A stretch of DNA of 37,090 bases, taken from positions 1 through 37,090 of the forward strand of contig CALYSG010000001.1 of the NCBI GenBank assembly GCA_945485605.1, read 5' to 3'. The position numbers were made by a program, and so were the translations under genes. Source of the stretch: an uncultured Clostridia bacterium. GTDB lineage: Bacteria > Bacillota > Clostridia > Oscillospirales > CAG-272. The notes below the pieces were generated by a model that saw only the letters and a program-made list of their open reading frames with translations, made no database searches and was not told where the DNA came from. The first letter of the stretch is position 1, and every line of letters starts with the position of its first letter. Below are positions 26,363 to 35,780 of the stretch, one piece after another.

Positions 26363-28558
26363 ATGGTAAAAAGAATAAGTGCCGTGCTGGCAGTGATCTT
26401 CATAATAATTATTCTGTGCTCGCTTCCGGTCGGCGCAAAGTCATATCAGACCTATACCTACGCGCTTAAGGGCTATCCGCTGAATTCGCCCGACGCCTAT
26501 GTTCCCGAGATCGAGATAACCTCGGACTATATAGGTCTTACCGGCGGATCGGATATTCTGAAGGCTCTCAAAGAACCCTCGGATATCGAGGTAGACGAGA
26601 ACGGCTGGGTATATATAGCCGACTCGGCAGCCGATACGAAGGACGCCAAGTACAGCCGTATCGTCGTACTTGACAATAACTTCAAGCTTAAGCACATAAT
26701 AAAGGACTTTGATAACGATCAGGGTAACCCCGATACGCTGTGCGGACCGAAGGGTGTCTTCATCACCGATGACACGATCTATGTCTGCGATACAGATAAG
26801 AACAGAATAGTTACCTTTGACCGTCAGTTCAACTTCATCGACATAATCAAAGCCCCCGAAGACGAGCTCTTCGAGAACGACTCGGTCTATAAGCCGGTCG
26901 CGATCGCGGTTGACCAGTACGACAGACTTTACGTCGTGTCGTCAACGACCAACCAGGGCGTTATCATGATGACACGTGACGGCGACTTCACCGGGTTTAT
27001 CGGGGCGCAGAAATCCTCGCTCTCGACCTGGGATATAATCTGGAGACGTTTCCAGACCGACGAGCAGAGAGCACAGTCGGCAAAGGTCGTTCCGACCGAG
27101 TTCAACAACATCGCAATAAACAGCGACGGCTTCGTTTATGTCACTACGAACAAGATCAATGAGAAAACTCAGCAGAATGCAATAAAGAAGAAGTCAAAGA
27201 GCGGTGACTACGCTCCCGTCAAGCTCCTCAACCCCGCGGGAGAGGAGATCATGAGACGTAATGGCTTCTGGCCGCCGTCCGGTGACGTTCAGGTCGGTGC
27301 CGCTAACGAAGAAAACGGCGGAGCTTCCTCGATAATCGACGCCGCGGTCGGACCCGAGAAGACCTGGTCGATCGCCGACAGCAAGAGATCGAGGATCTTC
27401 ACCTATGACTTCGACGGGAACCTGCTCTTCGCCTTCGGACAGAAGAACGGCGGACAGCTCGGAAACATCGACCTTCTTGCAGGTATAGTCTATCAGCGCA
27501 ATTACGATGCCGACGGAAATCAGAACTACAAGATGCTCCTGCTCGATAAGAACAACAAGAGCTTCACGGTATTCCGCCAGACAGAGTACGGAAAGACACT
27601 GATCCAGGCTCTCGCACATCAGAACGCCCGTCAGTACGACACGGCGGTCGATGACTGGTTCGAGATACTGAAGAGAAACTCAAACTACGACGCGGCTTAT
27701 ATAGGTATAGGTCAGTCGATGTACAGAAACGGTCAGTACGAGGAATCAATAGAGTACTTCAAAGCTGCATACGATACCTCGAACTACTCGAGCTCGTATG
27801 AGGAGATCCGTAAGGCATGGATCACAAAGTGGCTCCTGCTTATACCGATCGGGGCTGTGGCGATCATCGTCGGATGCGTCTTCTTTATGAGGTATGCAAC
27901 TAAGGTCAACAGCCGCGCGGCTGTCGCCGGAGGTAAGAGAAACTTCAAGGAGGAGCTGCTCTACGGCTTCCACGTGATCTTCCACCCGTTCGACGGCTTC
28001 TGGGATCTGAAGCATGAGAAACGAGGCTCGCTGAGGGCTGCGATAGTCTTTATTCTGCTGACGATCGTCGCGTATTTCTATAAGGCGGTCGGCTCGGGTT
28101 ACTCGGTAAATCAGCAGACGGTCTATACGACGATAGTCGAACAGGCGGTGCAAGTAGTCCTGCCGCTTATGCTCTGGGCGATCGCAAACTGGTGTCTTAC
28201 GACGCTCTTTGACGGCGAGGGCAGCTTCAAGGATATCGTCATAGCGGTCGGGTATTCGCTTCTCCCGGTAATCCTTACGTTGATTCCGACGACGTTTGCC
28301 TCGAACTTCATGGTAAGCTCCGAGATAGACGTACTGAACTTTATCACGAACGTCGGACTTATCTGGGCGGGACTCCTGATCTTCACCGGTATGATGGTAA
28401 CACATGACTATTCGATAGGTAAGAACCTTGTAACGACGATCGGTACGCTTATCGGAATAATCTTCATAATGTTTATCAGCGTACTCTTCGTAACACTTCT
28501 CGGAAAAGTAGTCAGCTTCGTCACAAACATCATCACCGAGATAAGGTACAACGCATAG
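26363..28558 (+). CDS. Membrane protein with a signal/anchor, an NHL-like beta-propeller, TPR-like helices and a C-terminal YIP1-type 5-TM domain
   Basis: 731-aa ORF. Propeller-blade motifs recur: WVYIADSAAD...SRIVVLD, IYVCDTDKNRIVTFD, LYVVSSTTNQGVIMMTRDG, FVYVTTNK and SRIFTYDFDGNLLFAFG. A TPR-like stretch follows (YDTAVDDWFEILKRNSNYDAAYIGIGQSMYRNGQYEESIEYFKAAYD). After one further TM helix comes FHVIFHPFDGFWDLK plus five hydrophobic helices, which is YIP1-like. Confidence 0.8.
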   Translation: MVKRISAVLAVIFIIIILCSLPVGAKSYQTYTYALKGYPLNSPDAYVPEIEITSDYIGLTGGSDILKALKEPSDIEVDENGWVYIADSAADTKDAKYSRIVVLDNNFKLKHIIKDFDNDQGNPDTLCGPKGVFITDDTIYVCDTDKNRIVTFDRQFNFIDIIKAPEDELFENDSVYKPVAIAVDQYDRLYVVSSTTNQGVIMMTRDGDFTGFIGAQKSSLSTWDIIWRRFQTDEQRAQSAKVVPTEFNNIAINSDGFVYVTTNKINEKTQQNAIKKKSKSGDYAPVKLLNPAGEEIMRRNGFWPPSGDVQVGAANEENGGASSIIDAAVGPEKTWSIADSKRSRIFTYDFDGNLLFAFGQKNGGQLGNIDLLAGIVYQRNYDADGNQNYKMLLLDKNNKSFTVFRQTEYGKTLIQALAHQNARQYDTAVDDWFEILKRNSNYDAAYIGIGQSMYRNGQYEESIEYFKAAYDTSNYSSSYEEIRKAWITKWLLLIPIGAVAIIVGCVFFMRYATKVNSRAAVAGGKRNFKEELLYGFHVIFHPFDGFWDLKHEKRGSLRAAIVFILLTIVAYFYKAVGSGYSVNQQTVYTTIVEQAVQVVLPLMLWAIANWCLTTLFDGEGSFKDIVIAVGYSLLPVILTLIPTTFASNFMVSSEIDVLNFITNVGLIWAGLLIFTGMMVTHDYSIGKNLVTTIGTLIGIIFIMFISVLFVTLLGKVVSFVTNIITEIRYNA

Positions 28559-28571
28559 TCGGAGGGATAAT

Positions 28572-31500
28572 ATGAAAAATGTAATGAAAATACTGTCGGC
28601 TCTCTTGGCTGTGCTGATGCTGTGCGGGACCGTGACGGTCGGAGCAGGTGCTCTTACCCGTTACGACGAAAACGGCAACGCCGAAGGGTCAAGCAAGTTC
28701 AAGGAAGACTCCGTGAACTATGAGCTGACGATAGAAAAGAACCTTGAGTCCTCAAGGTTCAATACCCCGCAGGAAAAGGTCGCGAGCATGGACCTTATGT
28801 GGGAAAAGAACGGCTACAGAATGTATGTTGACCCGATCAGCGGAGAGGTCGCGACCGAGAAGATCGTGACCGGAGAGCTCCTCTTCACAAACCCGTGGGA
28901 CCTTTCAAACGCAGCATACACCGCGGTCACACCGGGCAAGAAGGACAAGAGCACCGCTCTCAGCGTCAAGAAGCAGCTTATGTCGCAGATAGTTATCACC
29001 TACATCGATAACAACAACCCGAAGGAGCTTTACAGCTGCATCGAGGCTGCGGCGAGAAATCAGATCAATGTTGAGTACATAAAGAACGGTATCCGCATAG
29101 AGTACTCGATCGGACGCGAGGAAGCGAGAATGCTTGTTCCTATGCGCATAAGCAAGGAAAGATTCGAGAAGAGGATCCTTCGCGAGATGCGTGAGACCGC
29201 CAATACCGAGGAAATCCTCGTTATCGACCCCAACGCCATTATCGGTACGGTCAGCGACGGTAAGAAGAAATTCGGCGATGCTCTCGATAAGGGAGCCGAA
29301 CCGGGCGAGGAATACGGATATTACGACTACGTAAAAAAGTTCATCGATCCGAACTTCGATATGGAGGGAGCACCTCTTTCGGGTGAAAGACTCAAAAAGT
29401 CCGACTACGGATTTGAGTATGAGTGCTTCGCGGTCATAAAGTTTACCTCGTACTACATTGAAAAGAACCTTGACAACGCGTCGACCGACGCCGAGCGTTC
29501 TTCGATCCTTGCCATGTATCCGATAGTCAAGCAGATGCCTATCTACATTATCGATACAACGGTCAAGGACAATGCCTCACAGATGAGGAAGGTCGAATCG
29601 TATATCAAGGACTACGCACCGACTTACACCTACGAGGAGCTTGACAACGACCATGAGCTGACCGAATACGAGGCGATGGCAAAATCGCCCGTCCTCTTCA
29701 AGGTCGCTCTCGAGTATACTGTCGATGAAGACGGTCTTGTCGTGCGTATGCCGGCTAACGGAATACGCTTCGACGAATCGATATATCTGCTTGAGAATAT
29801 CGAGATGATCCCTTACATGGGTGCCGGAAGGAACGACGGCGACTGGAGCGACGGAGGCGACGGATACAACTTCTTCCCGGACGGCTCCGGTGCACTGTTC
29901 GACTTCCAGCAGCTGAATGACGGTGCTCACCACGATGCATATGCGCAGATCTACGGTACCGACTTTGCATACCATACGATCGCGGGTCAGCATCAGGAAA
30001 CGGTGAGATACCCCGTTTTCGGTATCGTAGAGCACTGGACCGGAAAGAAGACCGACTACACGAAGGTCATCAAGCAGGAGGTCCTCAACGAGGACGGAAC
30101 CGTTAAGACCCCCGCGGTGTACGGAACGAAGGACGTTGACGAAGATCACGGCTTCCTCGCGATAATCGAGGAGGGTGACGCTCTCGCCAAGCTGACGACG
30201 GTCCACCTCAGCGCAAAGAGCATCTATAACACGGTCAAGATGAGTTTCTACCCGAGACCGAAGGACAGCTACAATATGGCTGACGCGATCTCTGTCGGCT
30301 CGAATAAGGAAATGACCGTCGTTTCGGAGAGAAAATACGTCGGTAACTATAAGGTCAGATACGTAATGCTCTCTGACGATGAGCTTGCAAAAGAGAATAA
30401 CCTCTCAAAATACTACGAATGCTCATGGATGGGCATGGCGGTCGCATACCGCGACTACCTTGAAAAGCAGAACGTCCTTACAAGACTTACCGAAAGCGAC
30501 GTTTCGGCAAATATTCCTCTCTATATCGAGACCTACGGCGCTATTATGACGACCGAGAAGATCTTCTCGATCCCGGTCGACGTAATGACACCTCTGACGA
30601 CCTTCGAGGACGTCAAGACGATGTACAACGATCTGTCGGGCGATATAAAGAAGAAGACCGAGGAGCTCGTGAACAGCGGTAACACGACCTCTGCCGGAGA
30701 AGAAAACGTAAAGAATGCCGCAAACATCAACTTTAAGCTCACGGGATATGCAAACGGCGGTATGTACTCGGTCATGCCTTATAACCTCAACTGGGAAAAG
30801 GCTGTCGGAGGCTCATCGGGCTTTGCTGATCTTGTGAAGTATTCGAAGGAGAACAACTTCGGTGTCTTCCCGGACTTCGACTTTGTATATTCTGAGAATC
30901 AGGCGAACTTCGACGGTGTGGACCTCAAGACGGACGCCGTAAAGACGATAGATAACCGTTACACGATGCGCCGTTACTTCAGCGCGACGTATCAGGCGTA
31001 CGTAGGTTACTACGAGCTCGCGATCTCGGCGTCAAGGTACGACAAATTTATCACCAAGCTGCTCTCTAATTACCTTAAGTACGACCCGACCGGCATATCG
31101 GTTTCGACTCTCGGTACCGACCTCAACTCGGACTTCGACGAAGAGGATCCGCTGAACCGCGAGGATTCGAAGGAATATACGATCGACGCGCTTAAAAAAC
31201 TCAACAACACGATCAATGCCTCCGGAAACGCGCTTAAGATAATGACGAGCGGAGGAAACGCTTACACCTGGAGATACGCCGACTACATTATAAATATGCC
31301 GCTTAATTCGAGCCGTTATAACGATTCGAGCAACGCGGTGCCCTTTATAGGTGTCGTGCTTCACGGATACCTCCAGTTCGCCGGTACGCCTATCAACGAA
31401 GAGGGCGATATCGAGTATGCGTTCCTGAAGGCCATCGAAAACGGTGCCGGACTCTACTTCGTAATCTCTTATCAGAACACTCAGAAGCTTAAGGACGATT

Positions 31501-34500
31501 TCCGACTCAGCGAGCATTACTCTGTCAGATACGATATCTGGAGAGATGACCTTGTTGATATGTATGTCGAGCTGAACGATCTTCTGAGCGATCTGCAGAC
31601 AAAACTCATAATTGACCACGAATTCCTCGTTGGTTCCCGCGTTCCCGATCCCGATGAGGTGATAGAGGACGAAGAGAACAAGAGAAAAGAGGAAGAGCTT
31701 AAGGCAGCCGAAGAGGCAGCCGCCGCCGCAAAGAAGGAGATCGCAGAGGCTCTTGCCCTCAGAAAGACTCCTATGACGCAGGCAAAGGCTACGGAAGCCG
31801 AGCTCGCCCGCGTTGCCTCCTACATTACTGCCGCGGCAAAGCACGCCGCACTGATCGACAGGAGCTATATCGACATCTGCGCAGACCTTGCAAAGGCGTC
31901 CGAGAATGCTCTGAAGGCAGCTGCCGAGGCACAGAAGGCAGTTTACAGCGCCACGGCGTTTGCTGCGGGCGAGAAGGATGCCGCGGATTCTGTCAGCAGC
32001 AAGATAAAGTCAGCTGTTGACAGCGCAGTAACCGATGCGCTCACCGCTCTGCTCGTCGGCGTAACCGATAATGCAAAGAGGACCGAGATAACCGCAAAGG
32101 TCAACAGCATTGCCGCTGAACTGAAGGCTGCCGCCGCGAACTCCGGCGCTGCCGAGGCGGCAAGACTCGCCGCTACGGCGGGCACTTACTTCAGCGATGC
32201 CGAAGCGGCCACCGCTAAGGAAAATGCCGCCAAGAAGATCGTTGATGCCGTTGCCGAAGGTATCGGAGACGAGAGCGCTGCCCTTACCGTAGCCGCCGAT
32301 GAGGCGGATCGCGTCATCGTTTCTATGGTCTCCGAGCTTCTCATTGAAAAGGTACTTGCCGCATTCACGGCTGCCGACGCCGCATCGGTCTACGATGTAG
32401 CGAAGAAGTCCTATGACAAGAACGTGACCGAGACAAACGACACGATCACAAGGATCGCTACCCTGCTTTCCAACAAGGAGACGACGAAGGCTGCGGCAAT
32501 AGCTGCCGGCGTTTCCGAGGCAGATGTCGCGAATGCGATCGCACTTGCCGAAGCCCGTCAGACGGCAGCAAGTAAGGTGACCGCCGCGAAACCCGATGAG
32601 AAGGCTTACACCGACGCTTCTTACGCTTACAATACGAAGATAGCTCTCTACTATTCGGCACTCAATGACACCTACAAGACTCTTGCGGGCAGCGATAGCG
32701 CGCTCAAGACCGCTCTCGAAAAGCTCGCGGCTTATGCTCAGGCTAATACCGAGGCAGCGGCGGCGGAGGCTCAGGCAAGTGTCAATCCGAGCGAATCGAA
32801 TACCGAGAATGCAACAAACAAACGCAACACAGCCAACACGAGAAAGGCTGAATATGAGGCACTTTCAGAGGCTGACCGCAACGCCGCTCAGGCAGTAGCC
32901 GACAGAGTCGATGCCGCTGTCGCCGCAAACAGCGACGATGCCTACAAGGCTCTCGCAACCAAGTTTGCCGACATGAATACCGCAAAGACCGCGGTATCCG
33001 ATGCCGAAGTCGGATACAAAGCATACCTTGTGCTCGTAAAAGAGTACAATGACGCAAAGACGGCATATGAGACGGGCGAGGTCGTAGCGATCGCGAAGGC
33101 GGCTGCCGACGCGAATTACACCGCAGTCGCTGCCGTTTATAACGAAGTAGCCAAATCAGATGCCATAAAGACCGCGCGTGAGATCACGGCACTGATCGAT
33201 GTCCTCATAAAGGCCGAAGCCAACCTCGCGTCCGTGAAGGATACATACGACACCGCGAAGGAATTCTTCGAAAAGACCGGACTTGAGGAGGGTGCTTACA
33301 ATACCGCGAAGGCCGCATACGAGACGGCGCTTACGGCTATGACGACAGCGAAGGCTGACCTTGACGGCGCGAGAAACGCCGCGGCTCACAAGACCGAATT
33401 TGAGGCGGTCGAAGCCGCTTACAGAGCGAAGCTTACCGCCGATACGCAGAATAAGCTGATAACCGACCTTGTTAAGTATACCGAGGACGCCGTGAAGGGT
33501 CTCTTCGGAATGAGCGCCGAGATGGCCGATGCGATAAATAAGACGGCAGACTACATCGTCAAGAACAACAAGGCTGCCGAAGCCTCTGCAACCTACAAGA
33601 CCTATATGTCGAAGATCGACAGCGCGGTATCCTCCATAAACTCGAGCATCGCGAATATGAAGGCCTCCGTAAGCCTTGCCGAATCGGCTACCGAGTCACT
33701 CAAGGAGAAGTACGAGGCAACTCTTGCCGATCCCAATGCGAGCGCGATAGAGAAACAGAGCGCAAAGCAGTTCTACGAGTCGGCAGTAGCCAATACGAAG
33801 AAGGCAAGCGACAACCTTGCCGCTCTCGAAAGAGATTACGACGAGCTGCGCAAACTGACCTACAACGAAGCCCTTACAAAGGCTAAGGCGATCGTATTCG
33901 GCTACGAAACGGTCGAGAACGATAAGAAGGCGGCGACAGACGCGTTCGTAAAATTCAACAATGCTCTTAACACATCCGATGAGGCGCTTAAGATAATCGA
34001 CAGCGAGTGGAAGAAGATGGTCGACGCCGCGAAGACCTATACCGAATCCGCGAATGCTCTTGCCGATATGGCAGAGAAGGATTTTGACGCCATGAGCAAG
34101 GCTGAGAAGGAAGAATACAAAGCTAATCTCGTGCTCTATTCCTACAGAAAGATGATCGCTGAGGAAGAGCTCCGCTCAGCACAGGAGATCATCAGTACGA
34201 ACCTTCTCATCTTCAAGGACGATAAGGGCTACAGAAATATGACGAAGCTCCGCAACAGCGCCGAGGCTTCTGTCCAGCTTCTCAAAGTTGACCTCGAGTA
34301 CGCCGCATCGCTTAAGGCTCTCTATGATGCCGACGCGACCGCGACAGCCGAGGATAGGGCTTACGCCGACGAAAAGTATGAGAACCTCAAGGCACTCTAC
34401 GACAGCTACTGCGAGATGCTTGAAAAGGCTGATGCGATGCTTGCACAGGTGCGTGCATTCGCACTTGAGCAGGAGCTTATCGACGAGAAGTTCGAGATCG

Positions 34501-34757
34501 TAAACAATACGAAGGCACAGGATCTCTTTAATGAGACCCTCAACGTAAAGAAGAAGAACAACACCACCGTCGAGACTGACAAGTACACGAGCTCGGACGG
34601 CTCGATCGTCGCCGTTACCTACGGCGGCAAGGACGGAAAAGACAACGAAGCCTACCGCACCTTCATACTTAACTACAATTCGTTCACTATAACCGTGACC
34701 TACGCCGGCGTCGAGTACACTATCCCCGGCTACGGATACAAGGTTATAAATCACTGA
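28572..34757 (+). CDS. Giant secreted protein: globular region of about 1,030 aa (DUF5696-like by recollection), Ala-rich helical region of about 930 aa, and a short beta-rich C-terminus
   Basis: 2,061-aa ORF with a GGAGGG ribosome binding site. It has a Sec-type signal peptide (MKNVMKILSALLAVLMLCGTVTVGAGA) with no canonical lipobox, and no LPXTG, SLH or C-terminal TM segment. The N-region is rich in Asp/Asn/Tyr/Phe (FFPDGSGALFDF, YIETYGA, NFGVFPDFDFVY). Confidence 0.85.
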   Translation: MKNVMKILSALLAVLMLCGTVTVGAGALTRYDENGNAEGSSKFKEDSVNYELTIEKNLESSRFNTPQEKVASMDLMWEKNGYRMYVDPISGEVATEKIVTGELLFTNPWDLSNAAYTAVTPGKKDKSTALSVKKQLMSQIVITYIDNNNPKELYSCIEAAARNQINVEYIKNGIRIEYSIGREEARMLVPMRISKERFEKRILREMRETANTEEILVIDPNAIIGTVSDGKKKFGDALDKGAEPGEEYGYYDYVKKFIDPNFDMEGAPLSGERLKKSDYGFEYECFAVIKFTSYYIEKNLDNASTDAERSSILAMYPIVKQMPIYIIDTTVKDNASQMRKVESYIKDYAPTYTYEELDNDHELTEYEAMAKSPVLFKVALEYTVDEDGLVVRMPANGIRFDESIYLLENIEMIPYMGAGRNDGDWSDGGDGYNFFPDGSGALFDFQQLNDGAHHDAYAQIYGTDFAYHTIAGQHQETVRYPVFGIVEHWTGKKTDYTKVIKQEVLNEDGTVKTPAVYGTKDVDEDHGFLAIIEEGDALAKLTTVHLSAKSIYNTVKMSFYPRPKDSYNMADAISVGSNKEMTVVSERKYVGNYKVRYVMLSDDELAKENNLSKYYECSWMGMAVAYRDYLEKQNVLTRLTESDVSANIPLYIETYGAIMTTEKIFSIPVDVMTPLTTFEDVKTMYNDLSGDIKKKTEELVNSGNTTSAGEENVKNAANINFKLTGYANGGMYSVMPYNLNWEKAVGGSSGFADLVKYSKENNFGVFPDFDFVYSENQANFDGVDLKTDAVKTIDNRYTMRRYFSATYQAYVGYYELAISASRYDKFITKLLSNYLKYDPTGISVSTLGTDLNSDFDEEDPLNREDSKEYTIDALKKLNNTINASGNALKIMTSGGNAYTWRYADYIINMPLNSSRYNDSSNAVPFIGVVLHGYLQFAGTPINEEGDIEYAFLKAIENGAGLYFVISYQNTQKLKDDFRLSEHYSVRYDIWRDDLVDMYVELNDLLSDLQTKLIIDHEFLVGSRVPDPDEVIEDEENKRKEEELKAAEEAAAAAKKEIAEALALRKTPMTQAKATEAELARVASYITAAAKHAALIDRSYIDICADLAKASENALKAAAEAQKAVYSATAFAAGEKDAADSVSSKIKSAVDSAVTDALTALLVGVTDNAKRTEITAKVNSIAAELKAAAANSGAAEAARLAATAGTYFSDAEAATAKENAAKKIVDAVAEGIGDESAALTVAADEADRVIVSMVSELLIEKVLAAFTAADAASVYDVAKKSYDKNVTETNDTITRIATLLSNKETTKAAAIAAGVSEADVANAIALAEARQTAASKVTAAKPDEKAYTDASYAYNTKIALYYSALNDTYKTLAGSDSALKTALEKLAAYAQANTEAAAAEAQASVNPSESNTENATNKRNTANTRKAEYEALSEADRNAAQAVADRVDAAVAANSDDAYKALATKFADMNTAKTAVSDAEVGYKAYLVLVKEYNDAKTAYETGEVVAIAKAAADANYTAVAAVYNEVAKSDAIKTAREITALIDVLIKAEANLASVKDTYDTAKEFFEKTGLEEGAYNTAKAAYETALTAMTTAKADLDGARNAAAHKTEFEAVEAAYRAKLTADTQNKLITDLVKYTEDAVKGLFGMSAEMADAINKTADYIVKNNKAAEASATYKTYMSKIDSAVSSINSSIANMKASVSLAESATESLKEKYEATLADPNASAIEKQSAKQFYESAVANTKKASDNLAALERDYDELRKLTYNEALTKAKAIVFGYETVENDKKAATDAFVKFNNALNTSDEALKIIDSEWKKMVDAAKTYTESANALADMAEKDFDAMSKAEKEEYKANLVLYSYRKMIAEEELRSAQEIISTNLLIFKDDKGYRNMTKLRNSAEASVQLLKVDLEYAASLKALYDADATATAEDRAYADEKYENLKALYDSYCEMLEKADAMLAQVRAFALEQELIDEKFEIVNNTKAQDLFNETLNVKKKNNTTVETDKYTSSDGSIVAVTYGGKDGKDNEAYRTFILNYNSFTITVTYAGVEYTIPGYGYKVINH
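31666..34470 (+). other. Alanine-rich, predicted all-helical low-complexity segment inside the 2,061-aa CDS
   Basis: The segment runs from EDEENKRKEEELKAAEEAAAAAKKE to ...RAFALEQELIDEK. Composition is dominated by A, K, E, T, D and S with periodic Tyr (for example AKAAYETALTAM and AKTAYETGE). It has essentially no Pro, Gly-rich or Trp content. At DNA level it is not an exact tandem repeat. Confidence 0.75.
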
Positions 34758-34776
34758 GAAAGGAGAAGCAAAAGAA

Positions 34777-35763
34777 ATGACTGAAAACATTAAGCTGAAC
34801 GGCACCGAAACGAAGAAAAAATCCGGCGCCAAGAAGAAAAAACGCAGTCATGCCTCGCTTGACAGGCGTAAGGCGCGTTCCGGCTGGATCTTCGTCGCAC
34901 CGTTCGTGATCGGCTTTCTCTTCATCTACTTCCCCATAGTCTTGCAGTCAATAAAGATGAGCTTCTTCACTTACGAGACTCTTGCCGGCGGAGGCTACAC
35001 CATGGAGTGGGTCGGCTTCGAGTATTTCAGACAGGCGCTGTTCGTAAACCCGAAGTTCGTGCAGACTCTGATAACCGGAATCGGAGATATGATATTCGAG
35101 ATCCCCGCGATTATAATCTTCTCGCTCTTCATGGCGGTACTTCTGAACCAGAAGATGGCGGGCAGAGCACTCTTCCGCGCGATATTCTTCATTCCGGTTA
35201 TCCTGTCCACCGGTATTATGGAATCGATCAATAACCAGAACATCCTTGATGAGTACATGGAGGAAAGTATCTCGGACGGAACCGAATCGAGTGCCGCCGA
35301 TCAGATCGCCTCGGCGATGGATATTCAGGCGCTCTTCTCAGGAATGGCGGTCGGATCCGAGCTTGCCGAGATAGTTGCCGACTGGGTCAACAAGATATTC
35401 CAGATAGTAAACCGTTCGGGCGTTCAGATGCTTATATTCCTTGCCGGACTGCAATCTATCTCTCCTGCGATCTACGAATCGTGCCAGATAGACGGTGCGA
35501 CCGCATGGGAGACCTTCTGGAAGATCACATTCCCGATGATAAGCCCGATGATACTCGTCAACTCGGTATATACGGTCATAGATTCCTTTACGACCGACTC
35601 AAATACCATTATGAAATTTATTTCAAATGAGTATCTGCAGCCGGACGGAAAGGGAACGAGCACCGCTATGTCGTGGATGTACTTCCTCATCGTAATAGCT
35701 ATGGTCGGTATCATCGCGGCGATATGCTCCGCCTTCGTCTTCTACCAAAGACGAAATGACTGA
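34777..35763 (+). CDS. Carbohydrate ABC transporter permease (MalF/LplB-like), pair 2
   Basis: 328-aa ORF with a basic N-terminus (KKKSGAKKKKR). EAA loop: YESCQIDGATAWETFWKITFPMISP. An extended extracytoplasmic loop covers about aa 145-205. Confidence 0.9.
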   Translation: MTENIKLNGTETKKKSGAKKKKRSHASLDRRKARSGWIFVAPFVIGFLFIYFPIVLQSIKMSFFTYETLAGGGYTMEWVGFEYFRQALFVNPKFVQTLITGIGDMIFEIPAIIIFSLFMAVLLNQKMAGRALFRAIFFIPVILSTGIMESINNQNILDEYMEESISDGTESSAADQIASAMDIQALFSGMAVGSELAEIVADWVNKIFQIVNRSGVQMLIFLAGLQSISPAIYESCQIDGATAWETFWKITFPMISPMILVNSVYTVIDSFTTDSNTIMKFISNEYLQPDGKGTSTAMSWMYFLIVIAMVGIIAAICSAFVFYQRRND

Positions 35764-35780
35764 GAAAGGAGAGAAGATAA

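Noticed and set aside
31666-34470. Tandem DNA repeat or VNTR within the Ala-rich region
   Set aside because: I could not find exact or near-exact nucleotide repeat units by eye. The similarity is compositional or degenerate at the protein level only. The many antisense ORFs here (for example 31943-32368 and 32782-33066) are by-products of GCN-rich codons.
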